From an uncultured Bacteriovoracaceae bacterium (GTDB lineage: Bacteria > Bdellovibrionota > Bacteriovoracia > Bacteriovoracales > Bacteriovoracaceae): a stretch of DNA of 48,346 nt. The stretch is from contig CAXGUD010000025.1 of the NCBI GenBank assembly GCA_964012805.1, positions 1 to 48,346 of the forward strand, in the 5' to 3' direction. The notes under the pieces are model-generated. The model did no database searches. It saw only the letters and a program-made list of their open reading frames with translations, and had not been told where the DNA came from. A program made the translations under genes and the position numbers. Positions 18,116 through 27,374 of the stretch are shown piece after piece; positions within the stretch are counted from its first letter, which is position 1, and each line of letters begins with the position of its first letter.

Positions 18116-19249
18116 ATGGTGGTCGTATTGGCGGAAAATCACAAGGTGGCTTTAAAAAAAAGACAAAGAGAGATGCCTTCCTTTGAAGAGGCCATTACGC
18201 CAGAAGTTTTTTGGTATACTGATCCGGCTTTTTTTAATTTTGAAAAGGAAGCCGTTTTTAAAAAAAGCTGGCAATTTGTAGGGAGAGTAGACCAATTGCT
18301 TCACAAGGGTGACTATTTTTCAGGAGAGTTATTGGGCCTCCCTTATATTGTGGTTAAAAGTGAAGATGAAGGCCTAAGGGCCTATTACAATATTTGTTCT
18401 CATCATGCGAGCCTTATTGTTGATGAGGAAAGCTCGGGTCGTAAAGACTGTTTTCAGTGTCCTTACCACGGTTGGACTTATGGTTTGAAGGGTGAGCTTA
18501 ATAAAATTCCAGGCGGCGGGAGCTTAAAGGGCCTAAGTGTGAAAAGTTTAGGCTTGAAAGAAATACCATTAAAAGTAAAAGGCCCTTTCATTTTTCTTTA
18601 TTTTGGAAACTTTAAAGAAAAGGAAAGGGACAAGGACGATTTTTTTCCTATTGAATTACTTGATGAATCCATTTTTAAAAACATGGCCTTTGTTGGACGG
18701 TTTTCGTACGAAATTAAATGCAATTGGAAAGTTTTTGTCGATAATTACTTAGATGGTGGTTATCACATACCGTGGATGCATCCAGGGCTTTCAGGTCAAG
18801 TAAACTTTGATTCTTATCACACAGATGTCTACGAAAACTACTCAATTCAGAGGTGCTTATCTAAAGGAGGCGATGAAAAAAATTTTAAGAAAGATAGTGA
18901 TTTAGATTTTCCTGAAAGAGTTGGGAAATCTGCACGTTATTTTTGGATGTATCCAAACTTTATGGTTAATATTTATGGCCAATGGATTGACACAAATTGG
19001 GTAAGGCCCATTAAAGAAAATGAATGTATTGTGTATTTCGATTACTTTTATAGAGGTAAGTTAAATGATGACCTAAAACAAAAAAGTTTGCGGGCAAGTT
19101 TTAAAGTTCAGGAAGAGGATACAGTCATTTGCGAGCGTGTTCAAAAAGGTTTGGCTTCGGGCGTTTATAACCCTGGTCCCTACGTTCCGAAGTACGAATA
19201 TCCAATGTTTTCTTTTCATCAAAAATTATTGAGTTCTTACCAAAGATGA
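18116..19249 (+). CDS. Rieske non-heme iron oxygenase alpha subunit, choline-monooxygenase-like
   Basis: NICSHHAS..CPYHGWTY Rieske site; CNWKVFVDNYLDGGYHIPWMH and QEED..ICERVQKGL iron site. Confidence 0.88.
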   Translation: MVVVLAENHKVALKKRQREMPSFEEAITPEVFWYTDPAFFNFEKEAVFKKSWQFVGRVDQLLHKGDYFSGELLGLPYIVVKSEDEGLRAYYNICSHHASLIVDEESSGRKDCFQCPYHGWTYGLKGELNKIPGGGSLKGLSVKSLGLKEIPLKVKGPFIFLYFGNFKEKERDKDDFFPIELLDESIFKNMAFVGRFSYEIKCNWKVFVDNYLDGGYHIPWMHPGLSGQVNFDSYHTDVYENYSIQRCLSKGGDEKNFKKDSDLDFPERVGKSARYFWMYPNFMVNIYGQWIDTNWVRPIKENECIVYFDYFYRGKLNDDLKQKSLRASFKVQEEDTVICERVQKGLASGVYNPGPYVPKYEYPMFSFHQKLLSSYQR

Positions 19250-19274
19250 TTTTCCAAAACTTAACCTAATTTCC

Positions 19275-19302
19275 TTAAAATAAGTGTGCAAAATACCGAA
19301 AA
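19275..19302 (+). promoter_or_regulatory. Putative sigma28 (FliA) promoter
   Basis: TTAAA-N15-ACCGAAAA, about 45 bp upstream of ATG 19347. Confidence 0.4.
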
Positions 19303-19346
19303 AACTTAGGACGCAAATCCTATTTTTAGAAGAGATTTTAAAAAAA

Positions 19347-21602
19347 ATGAACTTATTTTCTTTTTCTAAAAATTCAATCTTATACCAAGTCCTAAAAAAG
19401 GTTTTTATTACCCTAGGGAGTGTTTTATTTATTGCATTATGTTTATGGTCTATTTTTCAATATAAATCCATAAATAACGAAGCGGAAGATTCCCTAAGAG
19501 CTTTGGGACAATCCTTTCAAGAAACATTTGTCAATATTTTGAAAGATGAGAAGCAAACAGATGATTTAAAGCTTATTGAAGATTTCTTAGTCTCTAAAAA
19601 AGAAGTTGCAGGAGTTACAATTTTTAATAAAGACAATAAGTTAATTTTTAAAAAAGGTGACTTTATACTTTTAGATAAAAGAGGTTCAACGGTTTCTACT
19701 GAAGAAAAAAAGAATTCTAAAAATTTATATTCAATTTTCATGTCAATTTACTCTGAAAGTACTAAGTCTAAAATAGGCGAAGTGATCATATTTGGTTATA
19801 AAGAGCCCCTAACAAAGAAACTAACTAATAACCTGATTGAAGCCTTTATTTATACTTTTTCTATTGTAATCACCTTATGCTTCATTGTTTATACCATAAC
19901 ACTCAAAACCTTAGTTATTCCTCTTGAAGAATTAAAAGAAAAAATATCAAAAGTTAATTATTCTAATTTGAAGAAGATTAAGTTTGATTACCAAGAAGAA
20001 AATGAAATTAGTTTCTTAGGTGAAAACTTTAATACCATGATTATGCATACTAATCGATTTCACAGACTATTAAAAAAATCTCTCGATGATTTAGAACAAC
20101 AAAATGTTGTTTTAGAGGAGAGGGTCATTGAAAGGACTAAAGATGTCACGAATATACTAGAAAACCTGGGGCAGGGTTTTATGGTCTTTGATGAGTACGG
20201 AGTTATTCTTGAAGACGTCTCTCAAGCTGCAACAGAGTTTTTTAAAGAAGACCTTGTTTATAATAATATGGCCAATGTATTGACGATGGACAGTGAAAAG
20301 AGGAAGTCTTTTGAAAAATGGCTTAAGCAAGTTTGGGGAGGACGGTTACTTTTTAAGGATCTTGTTGGATTTGCTCCCAAGTCATTTAAAAAGGGGAAAC
20401 GTCATTTAAAGTTGGAATACCGGCCTATTTATGAGATCGAGGACGGCAAAGTCACAAGAAAGATTGAGAAGGTTATTTGTATTGCAACTGATGTAACAAA
20501 AGAAAAGCAGCTAGAAGAAAAAGCTCAAAGGGAGAGAGAACAAAGTCAGATGGTCCTTCTTATCATAGAAAGACCTATAGAGCTTGTCGATTTGATTGAT
20601 GATTTTAAGGATTTTACTACTGAGTTTTTGTACGAAAATAGTGATTGGACTTTAGATGAGGTTTTCAGAAAGTTTCATACTTTTAAAGCAAGTTTTTCGC
20701 AATTTAGAATTTCCGAAATGGTTAACGTTATTCACGATATCGAGTCAAAAGTTTCTCAATGGATCGATGATAGTGGAGAGCGGAAGTCTCTTCTCAAAGA
20801 GAAAGAGTTAAAGGAACTTGCCGAGGATGTTAAACTTTGCAACGACGCTTTTTATGAATTCATGCGTACCAATAGATTGATTATAGAAATGGCCAACCAT
20901 GCACTCCTCTCTGAGGACGCTCACGAATTTACTTCAATCAAGCAAGTCGGTCAATTTATGCAAAAGAAGTTTGGAAAAGATTCTCAGGTCTATAAAGAAT
21001 TTGAAGAAGATTTTGTCCTCAAGAAAGTTTCAGGGTCTTTTGAGCGTTTTGAATCTGTTGTTCAGGAAGTTTCAAGCAACCAAGGGAAGTTTGTTTCCTA
21101 TATTATTGATGAAAGCGAACTCAAGATTAATACTGATGATTACTCAGATTTCCTCTCCTCTTGTGTGCACCTCTTTAGAAATGCTGTCGATCATGGTATT
21201 GAAGATCCCTCGGAGAGAGTGGATAAAAATAAGCCAGAGCAGGGAAAAATAACCGTTTCTTTTGAAGAAAAAGGTAAGGAATTTTTTAGGTTAAAGGTAA
21301 AAGATGATGGGCGAGGAATTAACCCAGGGGTGATAAAAAAAGCTGCTTTAAAATTAGGTCTTAAGTCAGAGAGCGAAATTATGAACCTAAAAGATGAGGA
21401 GCTTATCCAATTAATTTTTGATCAAGGAATATCCTCAAAAGAAAAAGTCACTGATGTTTCAGGTCGTGGTGTCGGGATGGACGCTATTAAAGCAGAGGCT
21501 GAAAAGGTTGGAGGCAAGGTTTGGGTAGAGTCTCAAGTCGATGTAGGGACGACTTTTTTCGCTGACCTGCCTCTTAATATCAAAAATAGAAAGTCTTCTT
21601 AA
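19347..21602 (+). CDS. Membrane CheA-like histidine kinase (2TM periplasmic sensor, HAMP, PAS-like, Hpt, HATPase), no CheW domain
   Basis: Two TMs; PLEEL..ENEISFLGENFN HAMP; ILENLGQGFM; FRKFHTFKAS Hpt; HLFRNAVDHGIE, DDGRGIN, VSGRGVGMD; ATG 19347 preferred over GTG 19284. Confidence 0.85.
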   Translation: MNLFSFSKNSILYQVLKKVFITLGSVLFIALCLWSIFQYKSINNEAEDSLRALGQSFQETFVNILKDEKQTDDLKLIEDFLVSKKEVAGVTIFNKDNKLIFKKGDFILLDKRGSTVSTEEKKNSKNLYSIFMSIYSESTKSKIGEVIIFGYKEPLTKKLTNNLIEAFIYTFSIVITLCFIVYTITLKTLVIPLEELKEKISKVNYSNLKKIKFDYQEENEISFLGENFNTMIMHTNRFHRLLKKSLDDLEQQNVVLEERVIERTKDVTNILENLGQGFMVFDEYGVILEDVSQAATEFFKEDLVYNNMANVLTMDSEKRKSFEKWLKQVWGGRLLFKDLVGFAPKSFKKGKRHLKLEYRPIYEIEDGKVTRKIEKVICIATDVTKEKQLEEKAQREREQSQMVLLIIERPIELVDLIDDFKDFTTEFLYENSDWTLDEVFRKFHTFKASFSQFRISEMVNVIHDIESKVSQWIDDSGERKSLLKEKELKELAEDVKLCNDAFYEFMRTNRLIIEMANHALLSEDAHEFTSIKQVGQFMQKKFGKDSQVYKEFEEDFVLKKVSGSFERFESVVQEVSSNQGKFVSYIIDESELKINTDDYSDFLSSCVHLFRNAVDHGIEDPSERVDKNKPEQGKITVSFEEKGKEFFRLKVKDDGRGINPGVIKKAALKLGLKSESEIMNLKDEELIQLIFDQGISSKEKVTDVSGRGVGMDAIKAEAEKVGGKVWVESQVDVGTTFFADLPLNIKNRKSS

Positions 21603-22612
21603 GAAAGACCCAAGAGGTTCTTTCTCACCCTTGCCATTGTTTTCTTTGCAACGGCCCTCGCTTTGACAGCACCTTCTTCTAAGAGCTTATCAATAATGCT
21701 TGGGTTTTCCATAAGTTGGTTATAGCGGTCTCTAGGTGCTTTTAAGCGGTCATTTATTTTTTCAAAAAGTTGCGCTTTAGCTTCACCCCAAGAAAGCCCA
21801 CCAATAAGGGCCTCACGGTATGCTTTTAGCTCTTCTTCATTTGAAAAAAGCTTGTAGTAATCGTAAACCAAGGCGGTATCAGGGTCTTTAGGCTCGTCAG
21901 GCCCTGTAGAGTCTGTTTTGATTTTATTAACAAGCTTTTTGAGCTTTTTTTCCGTTACAAAGAGGGGGATTGAGTTGTTATAACTTTTACTCATTTTCCG
22001 CCCATCGAGTCCTGGTACCGTGGCGACGTCTTCTTTAATTTGCTCTTGAGGCTCAACAAGGACTTCTGTTTTATAAAGCTCATTAATCCGAGAGGCCATA
22101 GACCTGGCGATTTCAACGTGCTGAATTTGGTCTTTTCCAACAGGAACGATATTTGAATCGAAAAGCAGAATGTCTGACGCCATAAGAATTGGATAGGTGT
22201 AAACACCCATATTCACCCCATGGTCTGGGTCTGAATTTCCTTTAGCTTGGTTTTCTGCAATTAAGGCCTTATAAGCGTGTGCCCTGTTGAGGTCTCCCTT
22301 TGGTGTGTGGCATGATAAAAGCCAGGTAAGTTCAAAAAGTTCTGGCACATCCCCTTGACGGTAAAAAGTCACTTTTTCGGGGTCAAGCCCAAAGGCAAGC
22401 CAAGTTGCTGCGATGTCATATATATACTCTTTAAAGAGTTTAGGGTCTTTGACGGAAGTATGCGCGTGATACTCCGCAATAAAGAAGAAAAAATTCGTGT
22501 TTTCATAACCCATTTTTTCAACTTCATCGAGGGCAGGCTTAATGGCACCTAAGTAATTTCCAATATGGGCCATTCCCGTTGGCTTGACACCTGTTAAGAC
22601 TGTTTTTTTCAT
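21599..22612 (-). CDS. trpS: Tryptophan--tRNA ligase
   Basis: LTGVKPTG.AHIGNYLGA (HIGH), YPILMASDIL, VPVGKDQIQH, GRKMSKS. Confidence 0.97.
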   Translation of the reverse strand: MKKTVLTGVKPTGMAHIGNYLGAIKPALDEVEKMGYENTNFFFFIAEYHAHTSVKDPKLFKEYIYDIAATWLAFGLDPEKVTFYRQGDVPELFELTWLLSCHTPKGDLNRAHAYKALIAENQAKGNSDPDHGVNMGVYTYPILMASDILLFDSNIVPVGKDQIQHVEIARSMASRINELYKTEVLVEPQEQIKEDVATVPGLDGRKMSKSYNNSIPLFVTEKKLKKLVNKIKTDSTGPDEPKDPDTALVYDYYKLFSNEEELKAYREALIGGLSWGEAKAQLFEKINDRLKAPRDRYNQLMENPSIIDKLLEEGAVKARAVAKKTMARVRKNLLGLS

Positions 22613-22660
22613 GAGTTATGGGGTCCTTGTTAATTAGAGCAATGCTCACTAGGGGGGCCC

Positions 22661-22690
22661 ATTATAAAGTCCTTTAGACCCCTCGGTCAA
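22661..22690 (-). promoter_or_regulatory. Putative sigma70 promoter of trpS
   Basis: Minus strand TTGACC-N18-TATAAT, 48 bp upstream of the ATG. Confidence 0.65.
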
Positions 22691-22729
22691 GAAAGGGAAC
22701 TTCTTTTAAGAAGTCTTTTTCCCTTTTAA

Positions 22730-23323
22730 TCAAGAGAATTCTAATTTTGCGGTGAGGAGAGTTCCTACTTTTTCTGCGAGATAAGTGTCGACACGAGAAA
22801 AAGCTGGCATTGCTGAAACAGCGGAAGGGTCTGTAGGCCATTTTTCTTCAAAATAGTTTTTTTTGTTAATAAGTTGGAGAACACCAAGAGGTGAGTTTTT
22901 GGTTCCAACGAGAGGAATTGCTAGAACGGATCGCGTTCTGTAATGCCTCTCTTTATCAAGGGCCTTATTAAAATTAACGTCCCATTCTCGGTCAATCAAA
23001 TAAGCATCATCTATTATAATATTTTCTTTTTTATTGAATGAGTCTGTGGCGATTGATTTTGTGGAAAGTGGTATCGGATCAAAGCTTTGATCCCCACTTT
23101 CAAAGCTTTTATTTTTAAGAACTTCAAAGTGGAGATTGTTATCTTTATGACGATAAAAAGATGCACCATCAGAACTTGTAATTTCCATAACCTTTTCAAT
23201 AATTTGGTTAAAGGTTTCCTTATTTGGGGCCTTCCTTAAAAGGGAAGCGGCCAAATCATTTTGAAGCTCAAAAAGATCAATGAGATCATCTTTACCTAAG
23301 GTTTTAAGTGGTGAATGTGCCAT
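22730..23323 (-). CDS. Stand-alone GAF domain protein
   Basis: SDGASFY, SIA, IIDDAY, FNKALD...YRTRSVLAIPL, GVLQLINKK, F...D: a PDE/HD-GYP-type GAF. Confidence 0.85.
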   Translation of the reverse strand: MAHSPLKTLGKDDLIDLFELQNDLAASLLRKAPNKETFNQIIEKVMEITSSDGASFYRHKDNNLHFEVLKNKSFESGDQSFDPIPLSTKSIATDSFNKKENIIIDDAYLIDREWDVNFNKALDKERHYRTRSVLAIPLVGTKNSPLGVLQLINKKNYFEEKWPTDPSAVSAMPAFSRVDTYLAEKVGTLLTAKLEFS

Positions 23324-23590
23324 GAGCGAACCCTTCGTTAAAAAAATCTATTTTTACAATTAATTATCTATTATTTTCACCTATTTTTATTTTTTTAAAA
23401 GCCTTTTGTATTGTTTATTGGAACTTAACTGTAAGAGTTATAAAAAAAATTAGTATTTATTTTCAAAAAAGGAAGGGATTTTGTTTGCAGAAGGGGCAAT
23501 ATTAACCCAGCTACTCTGTCTAAAACTTAATTTATAAATCCTTATTAAAAAAAACGAACAGTATTTGGGTATTTTTTAGGGAGGAGTTGT

Positions 23591-24211
23591 ATGAGTAAAA
23601 AAATAATAGTGGCCATTACACTTTCTTTGATCGCCTTTAAAGCGCAGGCAGGAATATTTATTACTCCGGGGGGGTACTATACTTTTAACGGAAGCACATA
23701 GCCGAGCTATACCTCTGGTGTTCTTGGAAAAGCTAGCTAAAAGAATAAAGTAAGTGGATATGTAGGGAGCTTGAAGTTAGGCTTTTCAACTTCGGGGTTT
23801 GCAATGGGTGTCGGATATGAACGACATTACAGTAAGTCTGAAAACGAGATGTGTCCAGGCAATTTATGGTCCTCTCTTTGTTCGTCTAATAATCAAACTA
23901 GGTGGATTAACTATGTGGGTGGCTTTGTAGGATATCAAATCATGGATTCTCTAAACCTAGGTTTGGCCTATTTGGTTCCTTATGGAATAAAAAATGAGGC
24001 TGGAATGGACAATTTGACTATTGGAGTGGGTTTAACCATCCTTCCTTTTATGAGTCTTATCTTAAGATATAGTATACCTCTCAACGCTAAGTACTTTGAT
24101 AATAGTGGTAAGGCCCATGACCTCCCTTATGAAATCTCCTCAGGTTTAGACCTTGATAAAGTTGAAGGATCATCGGCTGCTGTCGGGCTTGAGTTTCCTA
24201 TAGGGTTTTAA
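23591..24211 (+). pseudogene. Outer membrane beta-barrel gene with two in-frame stops
   Basis: RBS GGGAGGAG, then ATG 23591 with signal peptide MSKKIIVAITLSLIAFKAQA; TAG 23699 and TAA 23738 are in frame; the same frame continues into ORF 23771-24211 ending VGLEFPIGF. Confidence 0.8.
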
Positions 24212-24226
24212 GCTTTTCTTTAATTT

Positions 24227-26284
24227 TTATTTATTAAAGGAGAGCTCTTTTATATATTCAAACCCAAAAGATGAAGTGGTTGTTTTGGTCTCATAAGTTA
24301 GGCCGTCACCAGTTTCATTCGAAGTCATCATGTTTTTGAAGGAGACTCCAAAAATATCACTTCCTTTTTGGTAATAAAGAGAAAATTTTTGATCAAAAGC
24401 AGTACCTGGCTCAATCATAGAAACAAAATTATTATGAGTTCGGTTATTTGCTCCCCCTATTATATTGAGGCCTAATTCACCCCTTAAGGCCATATTTTGA
24501 AAAAGATCGTATTGGGCTTCAAATCCTAAGCGAAAAGATGTTTTGCTTCCATCTATGGCGTGAACAAAAGAAGCATGATCTACTTCTCTTATCTGCTGGC
24601 CTAAGTATTCCAATTGGAAAAGAAGTGAATAAAAATTATCTAATTTGTCCCAGGTCTTTTTATAGCCTAATATGAGTTGATTTCTATTTTGTGTCAGACT
24701 TCCATCCTGAACAAGTGTAGCGTTATTATCGATGACGGCATCTTTTCCATTTGAAAAATTTGGTCTAAAAGAGGCGAAGAAAAGATCATTCTTTCTTTTG
24801 TAAAGGACTTCGAGAACGGGTGTTTCTAAACCACTTTTAAATTTAAGCTCCATATCTTTTCCAAAAAGCTCGGAAGAAGGCCCAAACGAAATATCCGAGG
24901 CCGTATGATGGAGGTATTGGCCTGTAACCCCTAGGATAATTTTGTGTGTGAGACCATAAGAAAGACGAATGTCTAAACTTAGCGCATTTATACTGGCTTC
25001 ATAATTTTTCAGTCCTCCCACCTTAAATTCATTTTTAAACTTATTCCAGGAGGCACTTGTGTTAACAAGGTAACCTCCTTTTTTGGGAGTAAGGTTTGGG
25101 TGCAATTTATAATTTTTTGGCCTTTCCTTTATAATAACAGGAGTAACCTTTTTAACTTTAGATTTTGGAACCACTTTTTTTACTTCGAGGTCATTTTGAG
25201 TTTTGAGGTCTTCATTAAGCTTTCTTATCGCCTCTTCTCTCACTTTGATATCTTTTGGATCAGTGACCGTCTCATCGGCCACAAAACCTTTTTCAGCATC
25301 GAGCTTTAGACCTTTGGGAGGGATGTATTCACCTGTTTTAAGGGAAAGGTTTCCAATATTTTTGTCCTCGTAAACACCAAGTTTTTTATTAAGCTTACTT
25401 TTCTTTCCTGGCGCTACATAAAGACCTGTTTCTAAGTCTAGAAAACCACCAGACCTGGGAGCGTAGTCCCCTGTTTTAAGATTATTAATACCTTCAAGAG
25501 GAGCATTTTGATCTGCCTGGGCCAAAAGTTTGTCTGGTTTTGTCTCTTTTAATTCAGACGCTTCCTTTAGTTCATCATTTTTATAAAGGACCGTAAACTG
25601 CTTAGGAGAAATCCTAACAGGAAGAGATGTTTTTTTAAGTTTCGGGGTAACTCCTGAAAACTGTCCTTTAGGTACCGTAACGCTTTTTTTAGATTGAAGA
25701 ACTTTTTCCAATTCCTTTTGTCGTTCTAAAAGGACATCGGAGTCTTTTTTCGCTTTAAAAGATGGTCTACTTTTTGGCCTTTCATTTTTGGCCATTTGAA
25801 CCTCGCCCTCGTAAGTCAGAAGGGAAGTGGCATTATTTGTTTTATTGTAGACAACTTGAAAATCCGTCCCGCGAACTCCAAGAGATGCTGTTTTTGTTTT
25901 GATAAAAAGAAGGTGAGACTTTTTTTCTTTAACAATCTTTTGATTTTTTTTAATAACTTTTGATCTTAGCTTTCCTTTAATAAGCGAAATAAGCCCGACT
26001 CCCTTTTTCCCAATTTGGTTAATGACCATTTTACCTTTAGGACCAAGGCTCACAGTAGATTTATCTAAATATTGAACCCGAATAAAACTCCTTTTACCAG
26101 TTAAGATGGAAGCATCTTTTTTAAAGCGGGTTCCCTTAGTGACTTTTTTTGCTTGAAGTTCCCCTAACTCTAAGACTGTAACGTTACCTCTAACAATAAC
26201 GGCTTCAGCAATATAGTCCTTTGCCCACAGGTTGTGGGTAAAGAAGAAAGCTAAAAAAATAGTTATTCCTAGTTTGTAAATCAC
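24227..26284 (-). CDS. FecR-domain protein with C-terminal beta-barrel-like domain
   Basis: Signal peptide; VRGNV, ILTGKRSFIRV..LDKS, LIKGKLRS, KTKTASLGVRGTDF (FecR); last ~290 aa show amphipathic strands ending FGFEYIKELSF. Confidence 0.78.
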   Translation of the reverse strand: MIYKLGITIFLAFFFTHNLWAKDYIAEAVIVRGNVTVLELGELQAKKVTKGTRFKKDASILTGKRSFIRVQYLDKSTVSLGPKGKMVINQIGKKGVGLISLIKGKLRSKVIKKNQKIVKEKKSHLLFIKTKTASLGVRGTDFQVVYNKTNNATSLLTYEGEVQMAKNERPKSRPSFKAKKDSDVLLERQKELEKVLQSKKSVTVPKGQFSGVTPKLKKTSLPVRISPKQFTVLYKNDELKEASELKETKPDKLLAQADQNAPLEGINNLKTGDYAPRSGGFLDLETGLYVAPGKKSKLNKKLGVYEDKNIGNLSLKTGEYIPPKGLKLDAEKGFVADETVTDPKDIKVREEAIRKLNEDLKTQNDLEVKKVVPKSKVKKVTPVIIKERPKNYKLHPNLTPKKGGYLVNTSASWNKFKNEFKVGGLKNYEASINALSLDIRLSYGLTHKIILGVTGQYLHHTASDISFGPSSELFGKDMELKFKSGLETPVLEVLYKRKNDLFFASFRPNFSNGKDAVIDNNATLVQDGSLTQNRNQLILGYKKTWDKLDNFYSLLFQLEYLGQQIREVDHASFVHAIDGSKTSFRLGFEAQYDLFQNMALRGELGLNIIGGANNRTHNNFVSMIEPGTAFDQKFSLYYQKGSDIFGVSFKNMMTSNETGDGLTYETKTTTSSFGFEYIKELSFNK

Positions 26285-26313
26285 TTAGTTCTTTTTTCCT
26301 TTTTTATAGAAAT

Positions 26314-27339
26314 TTATCTCACATAAACACTATTAACTTTATCATGTCCAAGTCCATCAGCTGATGTATCATTTGTAAATGAATTACCACCATCGGTCGA
26401 AATTGAGAGACCACCTTCTGTTCCTACATATATTTTATCAGAGTCAACGAAAATACTAACGATTTTATTTGAGCCAAGGCCTTGATCAATTTTTCTATTT
26501 GAAAAACTAGAAGCTTCATCTGTTGATATTGAAAGGCCAACACGAGTTCCAACGTAAAGGACGTTGTTACTATCTTTATAAATCTCTCCAACTATAAAAT
26601 TGTAGGCAAGGCCATCTGCTGTTGTTTTTTGAAAGAAACTTGTGCCTCCGTTTGTGGAGACTTGAAGTCCCCCATCAATTGAGTTTACCGCGACATAAAT
26701 GACTCCATCAGTTGCAGCGAAAACGTGATAAACTGAATTATTACTAAGGTTCGAGTTGGAAGTGGTCTTTGTTGTAAACGAGTTACCGCCATCTGATGAA
26801 GTGGAAAGACCACCACTTGTTCCAGCATAAATTACATTATTATTTCCTATAGAAACGTCACTTACTGAATTGCTACCTAAACCTTGGGAAGATGTTTTTA
26901 CCGAGTATGAATCACCTCCATCAGTAGAGATGGCAAGACCCCCTCCTGTTCCAACGTAAAGGTTACCACTTGAATTTATTACTATACTAGTTGTCACCTC
27001 CCCAGAGGAATACAGAGTATTTGTTATTTTATTGGTGAAAGTTTCTCCACCATCTATTGAAGTGGAGAGACCTCCATCAGTTGCGGCATAAATAACATCA
27101 TTGTTATCGACATAAACTTCATTGACGGTATTATTTCCAAGACCATTTTCTGTTGTTTTATTGGTATAAGTTTCACCCCCATCTTTTGAAATGGAGAGAC
27201 CCCCGTCCGTTGCGACGTAAATATAGCCCTTACCCTGACCTGAGTTTTGATTCCAATTAAACGTATTTCCATTTGGGCCTTGTTTTCCGCAGGCCAAAAC
27301 TAAAGCGATAGTAAAAAAGTAAAGAAGACTTTGTATCAT
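26314..27339 (-). CDS. Beta-propeller (Asp-box/BNR-like repeat) lipoprotein
   Basis: Lipobox LVLAC; seven repeats of IYxxTxGGLSISxDGGxSFxNKTTxxGLGxNxV. Confidence 0.85.
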   Translation of the reverse strand: MIQSLLYFFTIALVLACGKQGPNGNTFNWNQNSGQGKGYIYVATDGGLSISKDGGETYTNKTTENGLGNNTVNEVYVDNNDVIYAATDGGLSTSIDGGETFTNKITNTLYSSGEVTTSIVINSSGNLYVGTGGGLAISTDGGDSYSVKTSSQGLGSNSVSDVSIGNNNVIYAGTSGGLSTSSDGGNSFTTKTTSNSNLSNNSVYHVFAATDGVIYVAVNSIDGGLQVSTNGGTSFFQKTTADGLAYNFIVGEIYKDSNNVLYVGTRVGLSISTDEASSFSNRKIDQGLGSNKIVSIFVDSDKIYVGTEGGLSISTDGGNSFTNDTSADGLGHDKVNSVYVR

Positions 27340-27374
27340 TTAGTTATTTGTTCCTTTTTTCCAATCATAAAAAC

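Noticed and set aside
23699..23740. Stop-codon recoding (pyrrolysine or alternative genetic code)
   Set aside because: One stop is TAA, and TAA, TAG and TGA all terminate other genes in this window normally
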